Shown: positions 36,824-47,334 of the stretch, piece after piece | Position numbering within the stretch: position 1 is the first letter of the stretch | Layout of the letters: every line of letters starts with the position of its first letter | Assembly: GCA_963632775.1 (NCBI GenBank) | Contig: CAVGUW010000006.1 | Coordinates: 1 to 63,990 of the forward strand | DNA length: 63,990 nucleotides | Reading direction: 5' to 3' | Source of the DNA: Bacteroides salyersiae | GTDB lineage: Archaea; Thermoplasmatota; Thermoplasmata; Methanomassiliicoccales; Methanomethylophilaceae | Translations under genes and position numbers: made by a program | The notes under the pieces: model-generated | Told to the model about the DNA's origin: nothing | Databases searched by the model: none | Seen by the model: the letters and a program-made list of their open reading frames with translations, nothing else

Positions 36824-37987
36824 ATGGGAAAGGATTTAGCAATCAACGGTGACAGTGCGGTCGCATTGGCATGGAAACAGATCGATCCCGACGTGTGCGC
36901 GGCATACCCCATCACACCTCAGACGATCATAGTCGAGAGGTTCTCGGACTATGTGGCGGACGGGGACGTGGGAACGGAGTTCGTCTGTGTGGAGTCGGAG
37001 CACTCGGCATTGACGGTCTGTACCGCATCCGCTTCTGCGGGAGCAAGGACGTTCACAGCGACATCGTCGCAGGGTCTCGCATACATGTGGGAGATGCTGC
37101 CGATCACGTCGGCGATGAGGGTACCTCTCGTCATGGCGGTCGCCAACAGGGCCATCAGCGGACCCATCAACATCCACAACGATCACGGAGACGTCATGTC
37201 CGCAAGGGACACGGGATGGATCCAGATCTTCGCAGAGAACGTCCAGGAGGCATACGATAACGCCATCATGGCCCCCAGGATCGCAGAGCACCCCGATGTG
37301 CAGTTGCCCATCATGACCAACCTCGACGGTTTCATCCTCACACACGCCATCGAGAGGATGTCCCCGTTGGACGATGCGATCGTCAAGGAATTCGTCGGCG
37401 AGCACAAACCGTTGCTCCCGCTCCTCGACTACAAGAACCCCGTATCCCACGGACTCATGGACAGCCCCGAGTTCTACTACGAGCACAAATATCAGCTCGT
37501 GGAGGCGATGGAGAAATCCGTCAAGGTCATCGAGGATGTGTTCGATGAGTTCGCCAAGATCTCCGGAAGGAAGTACAAGCTCGTCGAGGACTACAGATGC
37601 GACGATGCAGAATATGTCGCGGTCATCCTCGGTTCCTCATACGGAACGATGAAGGAGGCCGTCGACAGGCTCAGGGACAAGGGACTCAAGGTCGGAGCAT
37701 GCATGCCCCGTATCTTCAGGCCGTGGCCCGTATCATACCTGAAGAAGATCTTCGAAGGAAAGAAGGGAGTCATCGTCATGGACAAGCACCTCTCGGTAGG
37801 AGCATACGGTCCGATGTACCCCGAGGTCGCATCCGTCATCCTCGAGTGCAAGAAGATGCCCAAGGCATACAACTTCATCTACGGACTCGGAGGAAAGGAC
37901 GTCAGCGTCAACGAGTTCATGTCGGTATTCGAGGCCGTGAAGGACGGAAAGGCCAAGACCGTCAACTATCTGGGGGTGAAAGAATGA
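36824..37987 (+). CDS. porA: pyruvate:ferredoxin oxidoreductase alpha subunit
   Basis: The start is placed at MGKDLAINGDSAVALA, immediately after the porD stop codon. The length is 387 aa. Confidence 0.8.
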   Translation: MGKDLAINGDSAVALAWKQIDPDVCAAYPITPQTIIVERFSDYVADGDVGTEFVCVESEHSALTVCTASASAGARTFTATSSQGLAYMWEMLPITSAMRVPLVMAVANRAISGPINIHNDHGDVMSARDTGWIQIFAENVQEAYDNAIMAPRIAEHPDVQLPIMTNLDGFILTHAIERMSPLDDAIVKEFVGEHKPLLPLLDYKNPVSHGLMDSPEFYYEHKYQLVEAMEKSVKVIEDVFDEFAKISGRKYKLVEDYRCDDAEYVAVILGSSYGTMKEAVDRLRDKGLKVGACMPRIFRPWPVSYLKKIFEGKKGVIVMDKHLSVGAYGPMYPEVASVILECKKMPKAYNFIYGLGGKDVSVNEFMSVFEAVKDGKAKTVNYLGVKE

Positions 37988-38931
37988 GTTCAAAACCGAT
38001 CAAGGATCTTACGAAGCTTCCCGAGAGGCTCACATCCGGACACAGGCTCTGTGCAGGATGTGCCGAGAGCATCATCGCAAGACAGGTCCTCATGTCCACG
38101 GACAAGCCCGTGTTCGCAGCCAGTGCGACAGGTTGTTTCGAGGTCTCGACGACCATCTTCCCGTATTCGTCATGGAACATCCCGTGGATCCACACGGCAT
38201 TCGCCAACGGAGCCGCGACAGGTGCAGGTCTCGAGGCCGCGTACCAGGGACTCAAGAGGAAAGGGAAGATCAAGGAAGAGATGAGGTTCGTAGCGTTCGG
38301 AGGGGACGGAGGTACGTACGATATCGGATTCCAGGCACTCTCGGGTATGCTCGAGAGGGGTCAGCAGTTGATGTATGTCTGTCTGAACAACGAGGCATAC
38401 ATGAACACCGGTATCCAGAGGTCCGGTGCGACCGGTTTCGGTGCATCCACCACGACATCGCCCGCAGGAAAGGTACAGCAGGGTAAGACCGAGTACCCCA
38501 AGGACCTCACGATGATCGTCGCAGCGCACGACATCCCGTACGCGGCACAGGTGTCACCCCACAACTGGAGGGATCTCATCTCGAAATGCGAGAAGGGATT
38601 CGAATGCGGAGGCCCGTCGTTCATCAACGCCGTGTCCCCCTGTCCGAGAGGATGGAGGTTCGCATCCGAGGATACGATCAACATGGCGAAACTGTCGGTC
38701 GAGACATGCGTATGGCCTCTCTACGAGTGCGAGAACGGTGTCTTCAAGCTCACAGCGGAATCCAAGAGGATCGCCGACGGTGTTCAGGAGAAGAAACCCA
38801 TCACAGAGTGGTTCAAGGCACAGGGCAGGTACAAGCACATGCTCAAGCCCGAGAACGCCAAACTCCTCGAACAGGTCCAGGGCGAGATCGACCGCAAGTG
38901 GGAAAGACTGATCAAACTCTCAAAACTCTAA
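37984..38931 (+). CDS. porB: pyruvate:ferredoxin oxidoreductase beta subunit (TPP-binding)
   Basis: An ATGA start/stop overlap links it to porA. A Cys cluster (CAGCAESI) and a TPP-binding motif (GGDGGTYDIGF) are present. The length is 315 aa. Confidence 0.8.
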   Translation: MSSKPIKDLTKLPERLTSGHRLCAGCAESIIARQVLMSTDKPVFAASATGCFEVSTTIFPYSSWNIPWIHTAFANGAATGAGLEAAYQGLKRKGKIKEEMRFVAFGGDGGTYDIGFQALSGMLERGQQLMYVCLNNEAYMNTGIQRSGATGFGASTTTSPAGKVQQGKTEYPKDLTMIVAAHDIPYAAQVSPHNWRDLISKCEKGFECGGPSFINAVSPCPRGWRFASEDTINMAKLSVETCVWPLYECENGVFKLTAESKRIADGVQEKKPITEWFKAQGRYKHMLKPENAKLLEQVQGEIDRKWERLIKLSKL

Positions 38932-38945
38932 ACAGGTATCACGTC

Positions 38946-38974
38946 GGACCCTGTCACGGATAGTGACGGGGTCC
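38946..38974 (+). terminator. long hairpin 3' of porB
   Basis: GGACCCTGTCAC-GGATA-GTGACGGGGTCC forms a 12-bp stem with one mismatch. A T-rich sequence follows. Confidence 0.4.
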
Positions 38975-39070
38975 GATGGGATCCCAGAATTTATCACGCT
39001 ATTCTTTGACGGATCGTCTCATCGACATCCTATCATCAGTACTCCGATCCATGTGGATGCTGGGCTACGG

Positions 39071-39871
39071 TCACCTCATCTCCACCTTGGGCGGATCACG
39101 GGGCACCGTCCTCCTGTACCTGATCCTCGGATGCCCTATGACGAATGCCCCTCCCAAACGATAATCCGAAGGTATCTTCGGGAAGAACTCCATGAACCTT
39201 CCATGATCCTGTTCATCGGCCATCTGTATCCAATGGGAGTAGAACCCTCCCAGACCCATGGCATAGGCCATGATCTCAAGACGGCCCAATGCGATGACGG
39301 AATCCTCCGGATGTCCTGAGAATGCCAATATGATCTGAGTACCTTCCCAGATGAGTGGATTGTTCCCCATGGGGAACGGGTCGTTCAGATAATCGATCAA
39401 TTGGGCGAACCGCTTCAGTTCCCCCGCACGCGGGGCCATGATGTCCGCTATGTTCCGCATGAACGGCCCCATATCACGATCTATCACCACGTACATCGTA
39501 TCCTGGGAGTTCTCCACCGATGGTGAGCTGCCTGCCGCCTCGAAGAGCATCGAGAACTCATCTGCGGAGACCTTCTCATTCGTGAACCATCTCAGACTCC
39601 TCCTACGACGGAGCATATCCGACATGACATCTGATCCTACGGGAAGTTCATCACGGTCGTATTCCACGGGTTGGAAGTTCGGATAACGGACGAGCCTTAT
39701 GGCACCCTTCGGACATACGGCCGAACAATGACCGCAATCGAAGCATCCCATGCCACTGCCGGTCTCGATGGGATGGCCCATATCCATGGTCAGGTTACCG
39801 CGGATGCAGACGGATGTACAGGCGGAGCATCCGATGCATGATCCAAGATCTATGATGAGATGAGGTTCCAT
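39071..39871 (-). CDS. nitroreductase-family protein with an N-terminal two-cluster 4Fe-4S ferredoxin domain
   Basis: Two Cys clusters are present: CIGCSACTSVC and CFDCGHCSAVCP. A nitroreductase-like fold follows. Confidence 0.65.
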   Translation of the reverse strand: MEPHLIIDLGSCIGCSACTSVCIRGNLTMDMGHPIETGSGMGCFDCGHCSAVCPKGAIRLVRYPNFQPVEYDRDELPVGSDVMSDMLRRRRSLRWFTNEKVSADEFSMLFEAAGSSPSVENSQDTMYVVIDRDMGPFMRNIADIMAPRAGELKRFAQLIDYLNDPFPMGNNPLIWEGTQIILAFSGHPEDSVIALGRLEIMAYAMGLGGFYSHWIQMADEQDHGRFMEFFPKIPSDYRLGGAFVIGHPRIRYRRTVPRDPPKVEMR

Positions 39872-39997
39872 GATGACGGATGCATCTGATCGCTCATATC
39901 AGTTTCTTGACCGGAGTCATATCATATGGATATGACAGATGCGTATGCGATATGATCGAAAAGGAGGATGTTGGGTACGATGACCCAACAGCCTCGT

Positions 39998-41323
39998 TCA
40001 AGCGACCTGTTTTTCCTTCCTGCCGCTGAAGAAGAATATGTAGATCAGCGTGACAACGAGCAGGATGAATGGGTAGAACAGATTCGGCATTATGTCGAAC
40101 GCAGATACTGACAGGCCTGCGGCCGTGGCCAGGGACACTGCGAGAAGCATCTGTGCACCATACGGGATCACTCCCTGGAAGACACATGAGAAGATATCGA
40201 GGAGGGATGCAGTCCTCTTCGGCGATATACCGTAATCGTCGGCGATCTCCTTGGCGATCGGGTTGGCCATGATGATCGCAACGGTATTGTTGGCAGTGGA
40301 GATGTCCAATGCGCCTACGAGCAATCCTATGCCCAACATTCCGCCCTTCTTACTCTTGAATCTCCTTCTGATCCATGACAGCACGGCCTTGAATCCGCCA
40401 TTGTATGTTATCAAGGCACAGATCGCTGCCACGAGTATGGCGACCATGGAGGTCTCGAACATCCCGTTGATGCTATCTCCCATACTGACGATCATATCGC
40501 TGAATGCGACGGCCTCCGTTCCGAGCATTATGAACGCTCCGGACAATATGCCCAGGATCAGAACGACGAAAACATTGATACCGATTATACCACCGATGAG
40601 GACGACGAGATACGGAACGATCTTCATGATGTCGAAGTCCTTGACCTCGACGGTACCTATTCCCGAATTGATACTCAGGACGGTTATTATCACACATGTC
40701 AAGATGGCCGCGGGAAGGGCGATCCAAAGATTCTCCTTGAACTTGTCCTTCATATCGCACCCCTGACCGTTACAGGCCGCGATGGTCGTATCGGATATGA
40801 ATGAGAGGTTATCTCCGAACATCGCACCCCCGACGGTCGATGCGATGCACAATGCCGGATCGAAACCGGTGACGGATGCGAGCGATGCCGAGATCGGAGT
40901 GAGCATGGTGATGGTCCCGACGGACGTACCCATAGCGAGAGAAACGAACATGCTGACGATGAATATGGCGAGCACGGCCAATTCTGGAGGTATGAACGAG
41001 AGGAAACAATACGCAACGGCCTCGGCGCCTTCACGACCGACGACACCCACGAAGGCACCTGCGGTCAAGAATATCACGAGCATCATCAGGATGTTCGGAT
41101 CCCCGACACCTTTGCCCATGATACCGAATTTCTCGTTCAATGACAGACCTTTGGTCTGATATATCGCCACGAATAAAGCTACAAGGAATACCATGACGAC
41201 GGACACCTTGTAGAATCCCATCTCTATGTCAAGGACATACTCGAACAGTATGCCCAGACCTAGATACAGTACCACGAATACTGCTATCGGGAAAAGTGAT
41301 CTTGCGTTCGCCTCTCTCTCCAT
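39998..41323 (-). CDS. nhaC: Na+/H+ antiporter, NhaC family
   Basis: The 441-aa protein has about 11-12 transmembrane helices and NhaC-like conserved blocks. Confidence 0.65.
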   Translation of the reverse strand: MEREANARSLFPIAVFVVLYLGLGILFEYVLDIEMGFYKVSVVMVFLVALFVAIYQTKGLSLNEKFGIMGKGVGDPNILMMLVIFLTAGAFVGVVGREGAEAVAYCFLSFIPPELAVLAIFIVSMFVSLAMGTSVGTITMLTPISASLASVTGFDPALCIASTVGGAMFGDNLSFISDTTIAACNGQGCDMKDKFKENLWIALPAAILTCVIITVLSINSGIGTVEVKDFDIMKIVPYLVVLIGGIIGINVFVVLILGILSGAFIMLGTEAVAFSDMIVSMGDSINGMFETSMVAILVAAICALITYNGGFKAVLSWIRRRFKSKKGGMLGIGLLVGALDISTANNTVAIIMANPIAKEIADDYGISPKRTASLLDIFSCVFQGVIPYGAQMLLAVSLATAAGLSVSAFDIMPNLFYPFILLVVTLIYIFFFSGRKEKQVA

Positions 41324-41445
41324 TATATTTCAACATAACGCCATCCTATAAAAACTGGCGATAGGGATCCACCGTCAATCGGGACGATATCGGCGATGTC
41401 TGGACGGTGATAGCATGATATAATCGACACGTCATCCATGATTCC

Positions 41446-42888
41446 ATGTCCGAGACATTCGTCCAGATAGTCACCATCCTCTATGGATTGAACATAATAT
41501 TCCTATTGACAATGTTATTCTCAGAGAGATCGAACCCGAGTAAGGTCATACCATGGGCGATCATATTCATCGTATTGCCCGTCGTGGGTTTCATCGCATA
41601 CATCTCGATTGGTCAGACGTTCTATGCCGAGCACACATTCAAATTGAAGGGTCTGAAGGACGAGGAGATCATGAAGGCGACAGATCTCCAGGAGCTCATC
41701 ATATCGCATGACGAAACGAAGAATATGGAGGATGCGTCGATCGGAAGGACGATGCTCAACTGTGGAGGTGAGGCTTACACCGTGAACAACAAGGTGGAGC
41801 TCTTCACCACAGGTGATGACAACTTCAAGGCATTGTTCGATGACTTCAGGAACGCCAAGACATACATCTTCATGGAGTACTTCATCGTCAAGAACGATTC
41901 ACTCGGCAATGAGCTGATGGATATACTCATCGAGAAGGCGAATGAGGGTCTTGAGGTGAAACTGCTCTCCGACGATCTCGGATTCGCAGGCGGAATGAAC
42001 AAGAAGATTAAGGCCTTCAAGAAGGCAGGAGGTCATTTCTCCAAGTTCCACATGGTCTCGACATACATATTGAGCCCTAAGAAGAACAACCGCAACCACA
42101 GGAAGATCGCGATCATCGACGGTGAGATCGGTTATTGCGGCGGATTCAACGTCGGTGACGAATATCTGGGGAAGGGGAAGCTCGGCCATTGGAGGGATTC
42201 CTCCGTACGTATCCGTGGCGGTGCATGTGTCGGATTGTTGATGAGATTCGTCAGGGATTGGAAATACGCCTCGAAGGTCGATCTCGATCATGACCTGATC
42301 GAATATGTATCGGATGATTTCGACAAGGAACATGGGACGGATAAGACGGAGATCATCTCCGGAGGGCCGGATGTAGCGAACATAAACCCTGTGAGGATGG
42401 AATACCTTCAATTGATCAAATCCGCCAAGAGGTCCATATACATACACACGCCCTACTTCATGCCGGACGATTCCCTGAAGGATGCCATGGCATTGGCGGC
42501 CGCATCGGGTGTCGATGTACGTGTTATAATTCCCGATAAACCGGATCACATGTTCGTATTCTGGAACAACGTCTATTGTGCGAACGCCGTGATGGGGCGC
42601 GGTGTGAAGGTCTACATGTACAACGACGGTTTCGTACATTCCAAGACCATGGTCGTCGACGGGAAGTACTGTTCCGTCGGTTCCGCCAACATGGACGATC
42701 GTTCGTTGGTATTGAACTTCGAAACGAACGTGTTGATATTGTCCGAGGACGTCGGTAAGCAGATGGATGAGGCGTTCATGAAGGACCTCGAGGTCTGCAC
42801 AGAATACTCGTGCGAGGAATTCCGCAAGATCAGAGGGATAAAGAAACTGAGACTTGCGATATCCAAACTGTTCATCAATCTTACTTGA
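41446..42888 (+). CDS. cls: cardiolipin synthase (phospholipase D superfamily)
   Basis: An N-terminal membrane anchor is present. Two HKD motifs are present: HRKIAIIDGEIGYCGGFNVGDEY and HSKTMVVDGKYCSVGSANMDDRS. Confidence 0.85.
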   Translation: MSETFVQIVTILYGLNIIFLLTMLFSERSNPSKVIPWAIIFIVLPVVGFIAYISIGQTFYAEHTFKLKGLKDEEIMKATDLQELIISHDETKNMEDASIGRTMLNCGGEAYTVNNKVELFTTGDDNFKALFDDFRNAKTYIFMEYFIVKNDSLGNELMDILIEKANEGLEVKLLSDDLGFAGGMNKKIKAFKKAGGHFSKFHMVSTYILSPKKNNRNHRKIAIIDGEIGYCGGFNVGDEYLGKGKLGHWRDSSVRIRGGACVGLLMRFVRDWKYASKVDLDHDLIEYVSDDFDKEHGTDKTEIISGGPDVANINPVRMEYLQLIKSAKRSIYIHTPYFMPDDSLKDAMALAAASGVDVRVIIPDKPDHMFVFWNNVYCANAVMGRGVKVYMYNDGFVHSKTMVVDGKYCSVGSANMDDRSLVLNFETNVLILSEDVGKQMDEAFMKDLEVCTEYSCEEFRKIRGIKKLRLAISKLFINLT

Positions 42889-42904
42889 TCTGAAAAAAGA
42901 TCAT

Positions 42905-42928
42905 TAGGGGGGTTCTACCCCCTATTTT
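42905..42928. terminator. bidirectional hairpin terminator between convergent cls and acd
   Basis: TAGGGGG-GTTCTA-CCCCCTA is followed by TTTT on the plus strand and by TTTTTT on the minus strand. Confidence 0.5.
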
Positions 42929-42935
42929 ATGTTTC

Positions 42936-45032
42936 TCACTCGAGTGTGACGAGTGCATCGACCGCCCAGCAGCCTTTGCCCTCTTCACCGACGATGATCG
43001 GGTTGATCTCGATCTCCCTGATCTCGGGGTTCTCCTCTGCGATGAGGACGAGCTTCCTCATGGCATCCTTCATCGCTTCTATATCGGATTTGGCGGTACC
43101 GCGGGCTCCGTTGAGGAGTTTGAATGCCTTCGTGCTCTTGATCATCTCGTCGAGCTGTTCCTCCGAGAGCGGTACGTGTGCCTGTGAGATCTCCCTGAGG
43201 ATCTCGACGAATATACCTCCGAGACCGAAGGAGAGGACGGGTCCGAACTGCACATCCCTCATGATGGAGACGATGACCTCCCTTCCGGAGACCATCTGCT
43301 GTATGGATACACCGTCGAGCCTTGCGTTGGGCTTGTTCTTCTTACAGGAGTCCATGATCTTCTTGTACGCTGCCCTTGCGGCCTCCTCGTCCTTCACTCC
43401 GACGACGACACCGCCGACATCGGTCTTGTGTGCGATGTCCGGTGAGATGATCTTCATGACGACGGGATATCCGATCTTGTTGCATGCCTTGGCCGCCTCA
43501 TCCTCGGATGTGACGGATGCCTCTCCGGGTGTGGGGAGTCCGTATGCCGCGAAGATCGCTTTACCCTCCGCCTCCGTGAGACTCTTACGTCCCTCGGTCT
43601 CTGCCGCTCCGAGGATCGTCTTGGCGACATCCCTTCCTCCGCATGTCTTGGGGAGGATCATGGGTGTGTTGGGGCGCTCGGCACGGAGCGTGTATCTCCT
43701 GAGGAGGTCCAATGCATGAACCGCTCTGTCGGGTGTGGTGTATGTCGGGAGTCCGCCGGCCCTTGTGATCGCCGCCGCCCTCGCACATTTCGTTCCGCCG
43801 GCCCAACAGATGGCCATCGGGACCTTGATCTCATCCTTTATCCTGACGAGGTTCTCTGCGACCGCTTCGAGGTCCGCCGTGTCGAGAGGTGAACCCATGA
43901 TGACCAATCCGCCGACCAAGGGGTCGTCCTGGACGATCTTGATGGTCTTCTCGAAGTATTCGGCCTTCGCATCCCCTCTGACGTCGATGGGGTTCGTGAC
44001 ACCCGCGACCGTGGGGACATCCTCTCTGATCCTCCTGATCGTCTCTTCCGACAACTTCGCCGCACCGATGTACTGTGCGTTGTATGCGGCATCGGCCGAC
44101 ATGACACCGAGTCCGCCGGCGTTCGTGATGATCCCGATACCGTCCTTGTCCATGCGGTCGTATGTGTGGAACATTCCGAATGCATCGAACAGTTCCTCGA
44201 GGTCCTTCGCCCTCGTGATGTTGAGCTTCTTGAATACGACATCGTTGACCGCATCCGATCCTGCGATGGATCCTGTGTGCGATGATGCTGCGGCACCTCC
44301 TGCGGCGGTGGATCCTGCCTTGAAGACTATGATCGGTTTCTTGTTCTTCATGTGTGTGACACTGTCGATGAACTTCTGACCGTTGGAGATACCCTCGCAG
44401 TACATTCCGATGACCTTCGTATCCTCATCCTCCGAGAGTGCCTCGAAGAAATCCGCCTCGTCCACATCGGACTTGTTACCGAATGTGATGAACTTCGCGA
44501 TACCTACGCCTGTCTCGTATGCCCAATCGAGCATCGATGAACCCACAGCACCGGATTGTGATAATATCGAGAGGTTACCTGCCTTGGGCATGAGCTTTGC
44601 GAACGTCACGTTGACGTTGTGCTTCGGATCCATGTTACCGAAACAGTTGGGTCCGAGGATCCTGATGCCGTACTCCTTGGCTTTCGCGACGAGCTGTCTC
44701 TCGAGCTCCGCACCCTCTTCGCTGTCCTCCTTGAATCCGGCGGTGAGGATGGTCGCGTTCTTTATTCCGGCATCCCTAAGATTGTCCATCTCCGGGATGA
44801 TGAATTTGCTCTTGATACTGATCACAGCAAGGTCGACGGGTCTTCCGATCTCCTTGACATTGGTGTATGTCTTGAGACCTTGGATTTCCTCGCCTTTAGG
44901 ATTCACGGGGTAGATCCTATCCTTGTCAAAACCAGCATTGATCAGATTCAATACCAATATTCCGCCGATCTTCGTTGTGTCGTTGGACGCACCGATGATC
45001 GCGATTGATTCGGGGTTGACAAATCCTTTCAT
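42936..45032 (-). CDS. acd: acetyl-CoA synthetase (ADP-forming), fused alpha-beta
   Basis: The protein is 698 aa. A CoA-binding N-terminus (ESIAIIGASNDTTKIGG) is followed by succinyl-CoA-synthetase-like and ATP-grasp domains. Confidence 0.8.
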   Translation of the reverse strand: MKGFVNPESIAIIGASNDTTKIGGILVLNLINAGFDKDRIYPVNPKGEEIQGLKTYTNVKEIGRPVDLAVISIKSKFIIPEMDNLRDAGIKNATILTAGFKEDSEEGAELERQLVAKAKEYGIRILGPNCFGNMDPKHNVNVTFAKLMPKAGNLSILSQSGAVGSSMLDWAYETGVGIAKFITFGNKSDVDEADFFEALSEDEDTKVIGMYCEGISNGQKFIDSVTHMKNKKPIIVFKAGSTAAGGAAASSHTGSIAGSDAVNDVVFKKLNITRAKDLEELFDAFGMFHTYDRMDKDGIGIITNAGGLGVMSADAAYNAQYIGAAKLSEETIRRIREDVPTVAGVTNPIDVRGDAKAEYFEKTIKIVQDDPLVGGLVIMGSPLDTADLEAVAENLVRIKDEIKVPMAICWAGGTKCARAAAITRAGGLPTYTTPDRAVHALDLLRRYTLRAERPNTPMILPKTCGGRDVAKTILGAAETEGRKSLTEAEGKAIFAAYGLPTPGEASVTSEDEAAKACNKIGYPVVMKIISPDIAHKTDVGGVVVGVKDEEAARAAYKKIMDSCKKNKPNARLDGVSIQQMVSGREVIVSIMRDVQFGPVLSFGLGGIFVEILREISQAHVPLSEEQLDEMIKSTKAFKLLNGARGTAKSDIEAMKDAMRKLVLIAEENPEIREIEINPIIVGEEGKGCWAVDALVTLE

Positions 45033-45200
45033 GAGTGCTGGTATGAGGGTGTCCCAATATAAGGCTTAGTTAGTCAATCGTCGAAATTATACATCGCCCT
45101 TTTGTCTGATTGTGTCGAATACGACAGACCGCCCGTACCCCCATCCAGCATATTCCGACGGCCTGATCCATAGGTGATGTGACTACGGACATCGTAGGAT

Positions 45201-45737
45201 TCATTCGGATTGCAACTCTTCCTTGGGGATCAACGTACATTCGTCGCGTATGAACGCAAATGTCCTTCTCATGGAGTCGATGGCATATGTCAACGCCTTA
45301 TCCTTGTCATCGCATCTTGAGCAGATCGCCGCTATCATGTATACGATCATGTTGCTCACTTCCACATAGGCCTCGTTGCGCCCCTCATCGGTGTCATCGA
45401 ACAATTCCAGGTGATCGCCGATCATATCCTCCAGGAATCCCTGTGCATCCATGAACAGGTCCAACCTGTCATCGCCCTCGGGTTCAGGTCTCGATTCAAT
45501 GGTGATGTGCTTCCAACCCCAGCCCTGGATCTTAGGGGTGACCTCATCCGCCACGTTCCTCAACACATCGATATCGGACTCCAACGCCTCGTCCGGCCTC
45601 TCCGCATCCGAACAATCCAATGCGGCGCACATCGACAGATACAGGATGACGTTCATCACCGACGGTTCGTAACCGATCAGCGTATCCACGTTCTCGTTCG
45701 CGACCTTCATCCTATCATCGAATTCATCATCCTTCAT
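45201..45737 (-). CDS. hypothetical acidic protein
   Basis: The 178-aa ORF has coding-like composition. No motif was recognised. Confidence 0.35.
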   Translation of the reverse strand: MKDDEFDDRMKVANENVDTLIGYEPSVMNVILYLSMCAALDCSDAERPDEALESDIDVLRNVADEVTPKIQGWGWKHITIESRPEPEGDDRLDLFMDAQGFLEDMIGDHLELFDDTDEGRNEAYVEVSNMIVYMIAAICSRCDDKDKALTYAIDSMRRTFAFIRDECTLIPKEELQSE

Positions 45738-45816
45738 ACGAACACCGTTACGTTATCGGACACTGCACATCGGTCCGCGGATACCATGATGAGGTGACCG
45801 TCATAAATACATCTGT

Positions 45817-46737
45817 ATGCATGAGAGTATCATGTCCAACCAATCCCCATCGGATAATTTCGAACTCGGCGTGAGATATGAGCTAGGTCACGGTGTCGAC
45901 AAGGATCCGTCGAAGGCCGCAGAATATTATGCACTCGCCGTCGAAGAAGGCAATCCGGCAGCGGAATGCGCTCTCGGGGAGATGTACATGGGCGGTATCG
46001 GGGTACCTAAGGACCATGTGAAGGGTATCGAACTCTTCACCAGTTCTGCATCCAAGGGATTCCCCAAGGCCATGTTCAACATGGGTATGGTGTTCTGGGC
46101 CGGTGCGGGCGTACCCCGTGACCCTGTGGAAGCGAAGAGATGGTTCCTGAAGGCTGCCGAGTCGGATGAGTTGGGAGCGATCGTGGAACTCGGGATGCTC
46201 TACATCAACGGGGATGGTGTGGAACAGGATTTCGTGGAGGCCGGGAGATGGTTGTCCAAGGCCGCCGAGATGGGTGATGCGTTATCGCAGTACAAGATCG
46301 CATACATGTACGAGGAGGGGATCGGTCTTGGGAAGGATCGCGAGAAGGCATTCGCTTGGTACAAGAGAGCGGCCGAGCAGGATGTACCGGATGCACAGTT
46401 CAAGGTCGCATCCATGCTGATGGAGGATTCGTTGCAGAACGAGGAGGAAGCGATCGTATGGTACACGAAGGCCGCCAACCTCGGTCTGATCCCTGCCATC
46501 GTCAACCTCGGGATAATACGCTACACCCGTGCGGAATATGCCGAAGCGCTCAAATGGTTCCAGAACGCGGCATTCAAGAACGATCCGGATGCACAGTTCT
46601 ATCTCGGTCGCCTCTACATCGAGGGGAAAGGGGTCGACAAGGACATCGATAAGGGCGTGACTTGGCTCAGGGTCGCTGCCGATAACGGTAACAAGGCCGC
46701 GAAGGATATAATCGCCCGTGTAGAGGGTCAGGACTGA
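45817..46737 (+). CDS. Sel1-repeat (TPR-like) protein
   Basis: About seven to eight tandem 36-aa Sel1-like repeats are present (A..YY..AAEQG...A...LG.MY..G.GV..D...A..W..KAA). Confidence 0.7.
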   Translation: MHESIMSNQSPSDNFELGVRYELGHGVDKDPSKAAEYYALAVEEGNPAAECALGEMYMGGIGVPKDHVKGIELFTSSASKGFPKAMFNMGMVFWAGAGVPRDPVEAKRWFLKAAESDELGAIVELGMLYINGDGVEQDFVEAGRWLSKAAEMGDALSQYKIAYMYEEGIGLGKDREKAFAWYKRAAEQDVPDAQFKVASMLMEDSLQNEEEAIVWYTKAANLGLIPAIVNLGIIRYTRAEYAEALKWFQNAAFKNDPDAQFYLGRLYIEGKGVDKDIDKGVTWLRVAADNGNKAAKDIIARVEGQD

Positions 46738-47056
46738 TCCCTCAACTCCTTCACGATCCTCGTCACTTCCTCATATACAGCGGAGATATGCTCCGGCCTC
46801 TTCCCATCCTTCTCCGTCATACACTCCATGAACAGGAGCAATGTATCGCTGACGGTAGAAAGCACTCCGCACTCCCTTTCCGTGTCCTTGTCCATCGTCC
46901 CCCTCGGTCGATGATCTTGTCATCCAGACTATTTCATGCGTGATGTTACAGTTAATGTGTTAGTATAACCGATGTAACGTTAATAACACATATAACATTA
47001 ATAACATTATTAGTACTAAATACATTAAAACGTGTTCAAGTTCATGGGTATGTTGT

Positions 47057-47296
47057 ATGGGGCTAGACACGTCCACAATGTCATATGAGCAGAAGATGAG
47101 ATTCAACAAGTATCTCGTATTCTACGACGAACATGATGATCAACATGGTGTGAAAGGTATTAGTGCCGAAGCACCAAAGGAGATTATAAATGAATTCATA
47201 GAATGGTACCGGGAATTGACAAGATATCCGACCGGAAGGTTGCGCCCGGCATCATTGAAGATGTATACCGACCTCATCATCGAAGTCAAGAGATAA
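47057..47296 (+). CDS. small hypothetical protein
   Basis: The 79-aa ORF lies downstream of an AT-rich repeat region. No motif was recognised. Confidence 0.25.
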   Translation: MGLDTSTMSYEQKMRFNKYLVFYDEHDDQHGVKGISAEAPKEIINEFIEWYRELTRYPTGRLRPASLKMYTDLIIEVKR

Positions 47297-47334
47297 GGCT
47301 TATAATCTCATCGTCATCAGATTCATGGTGTATC

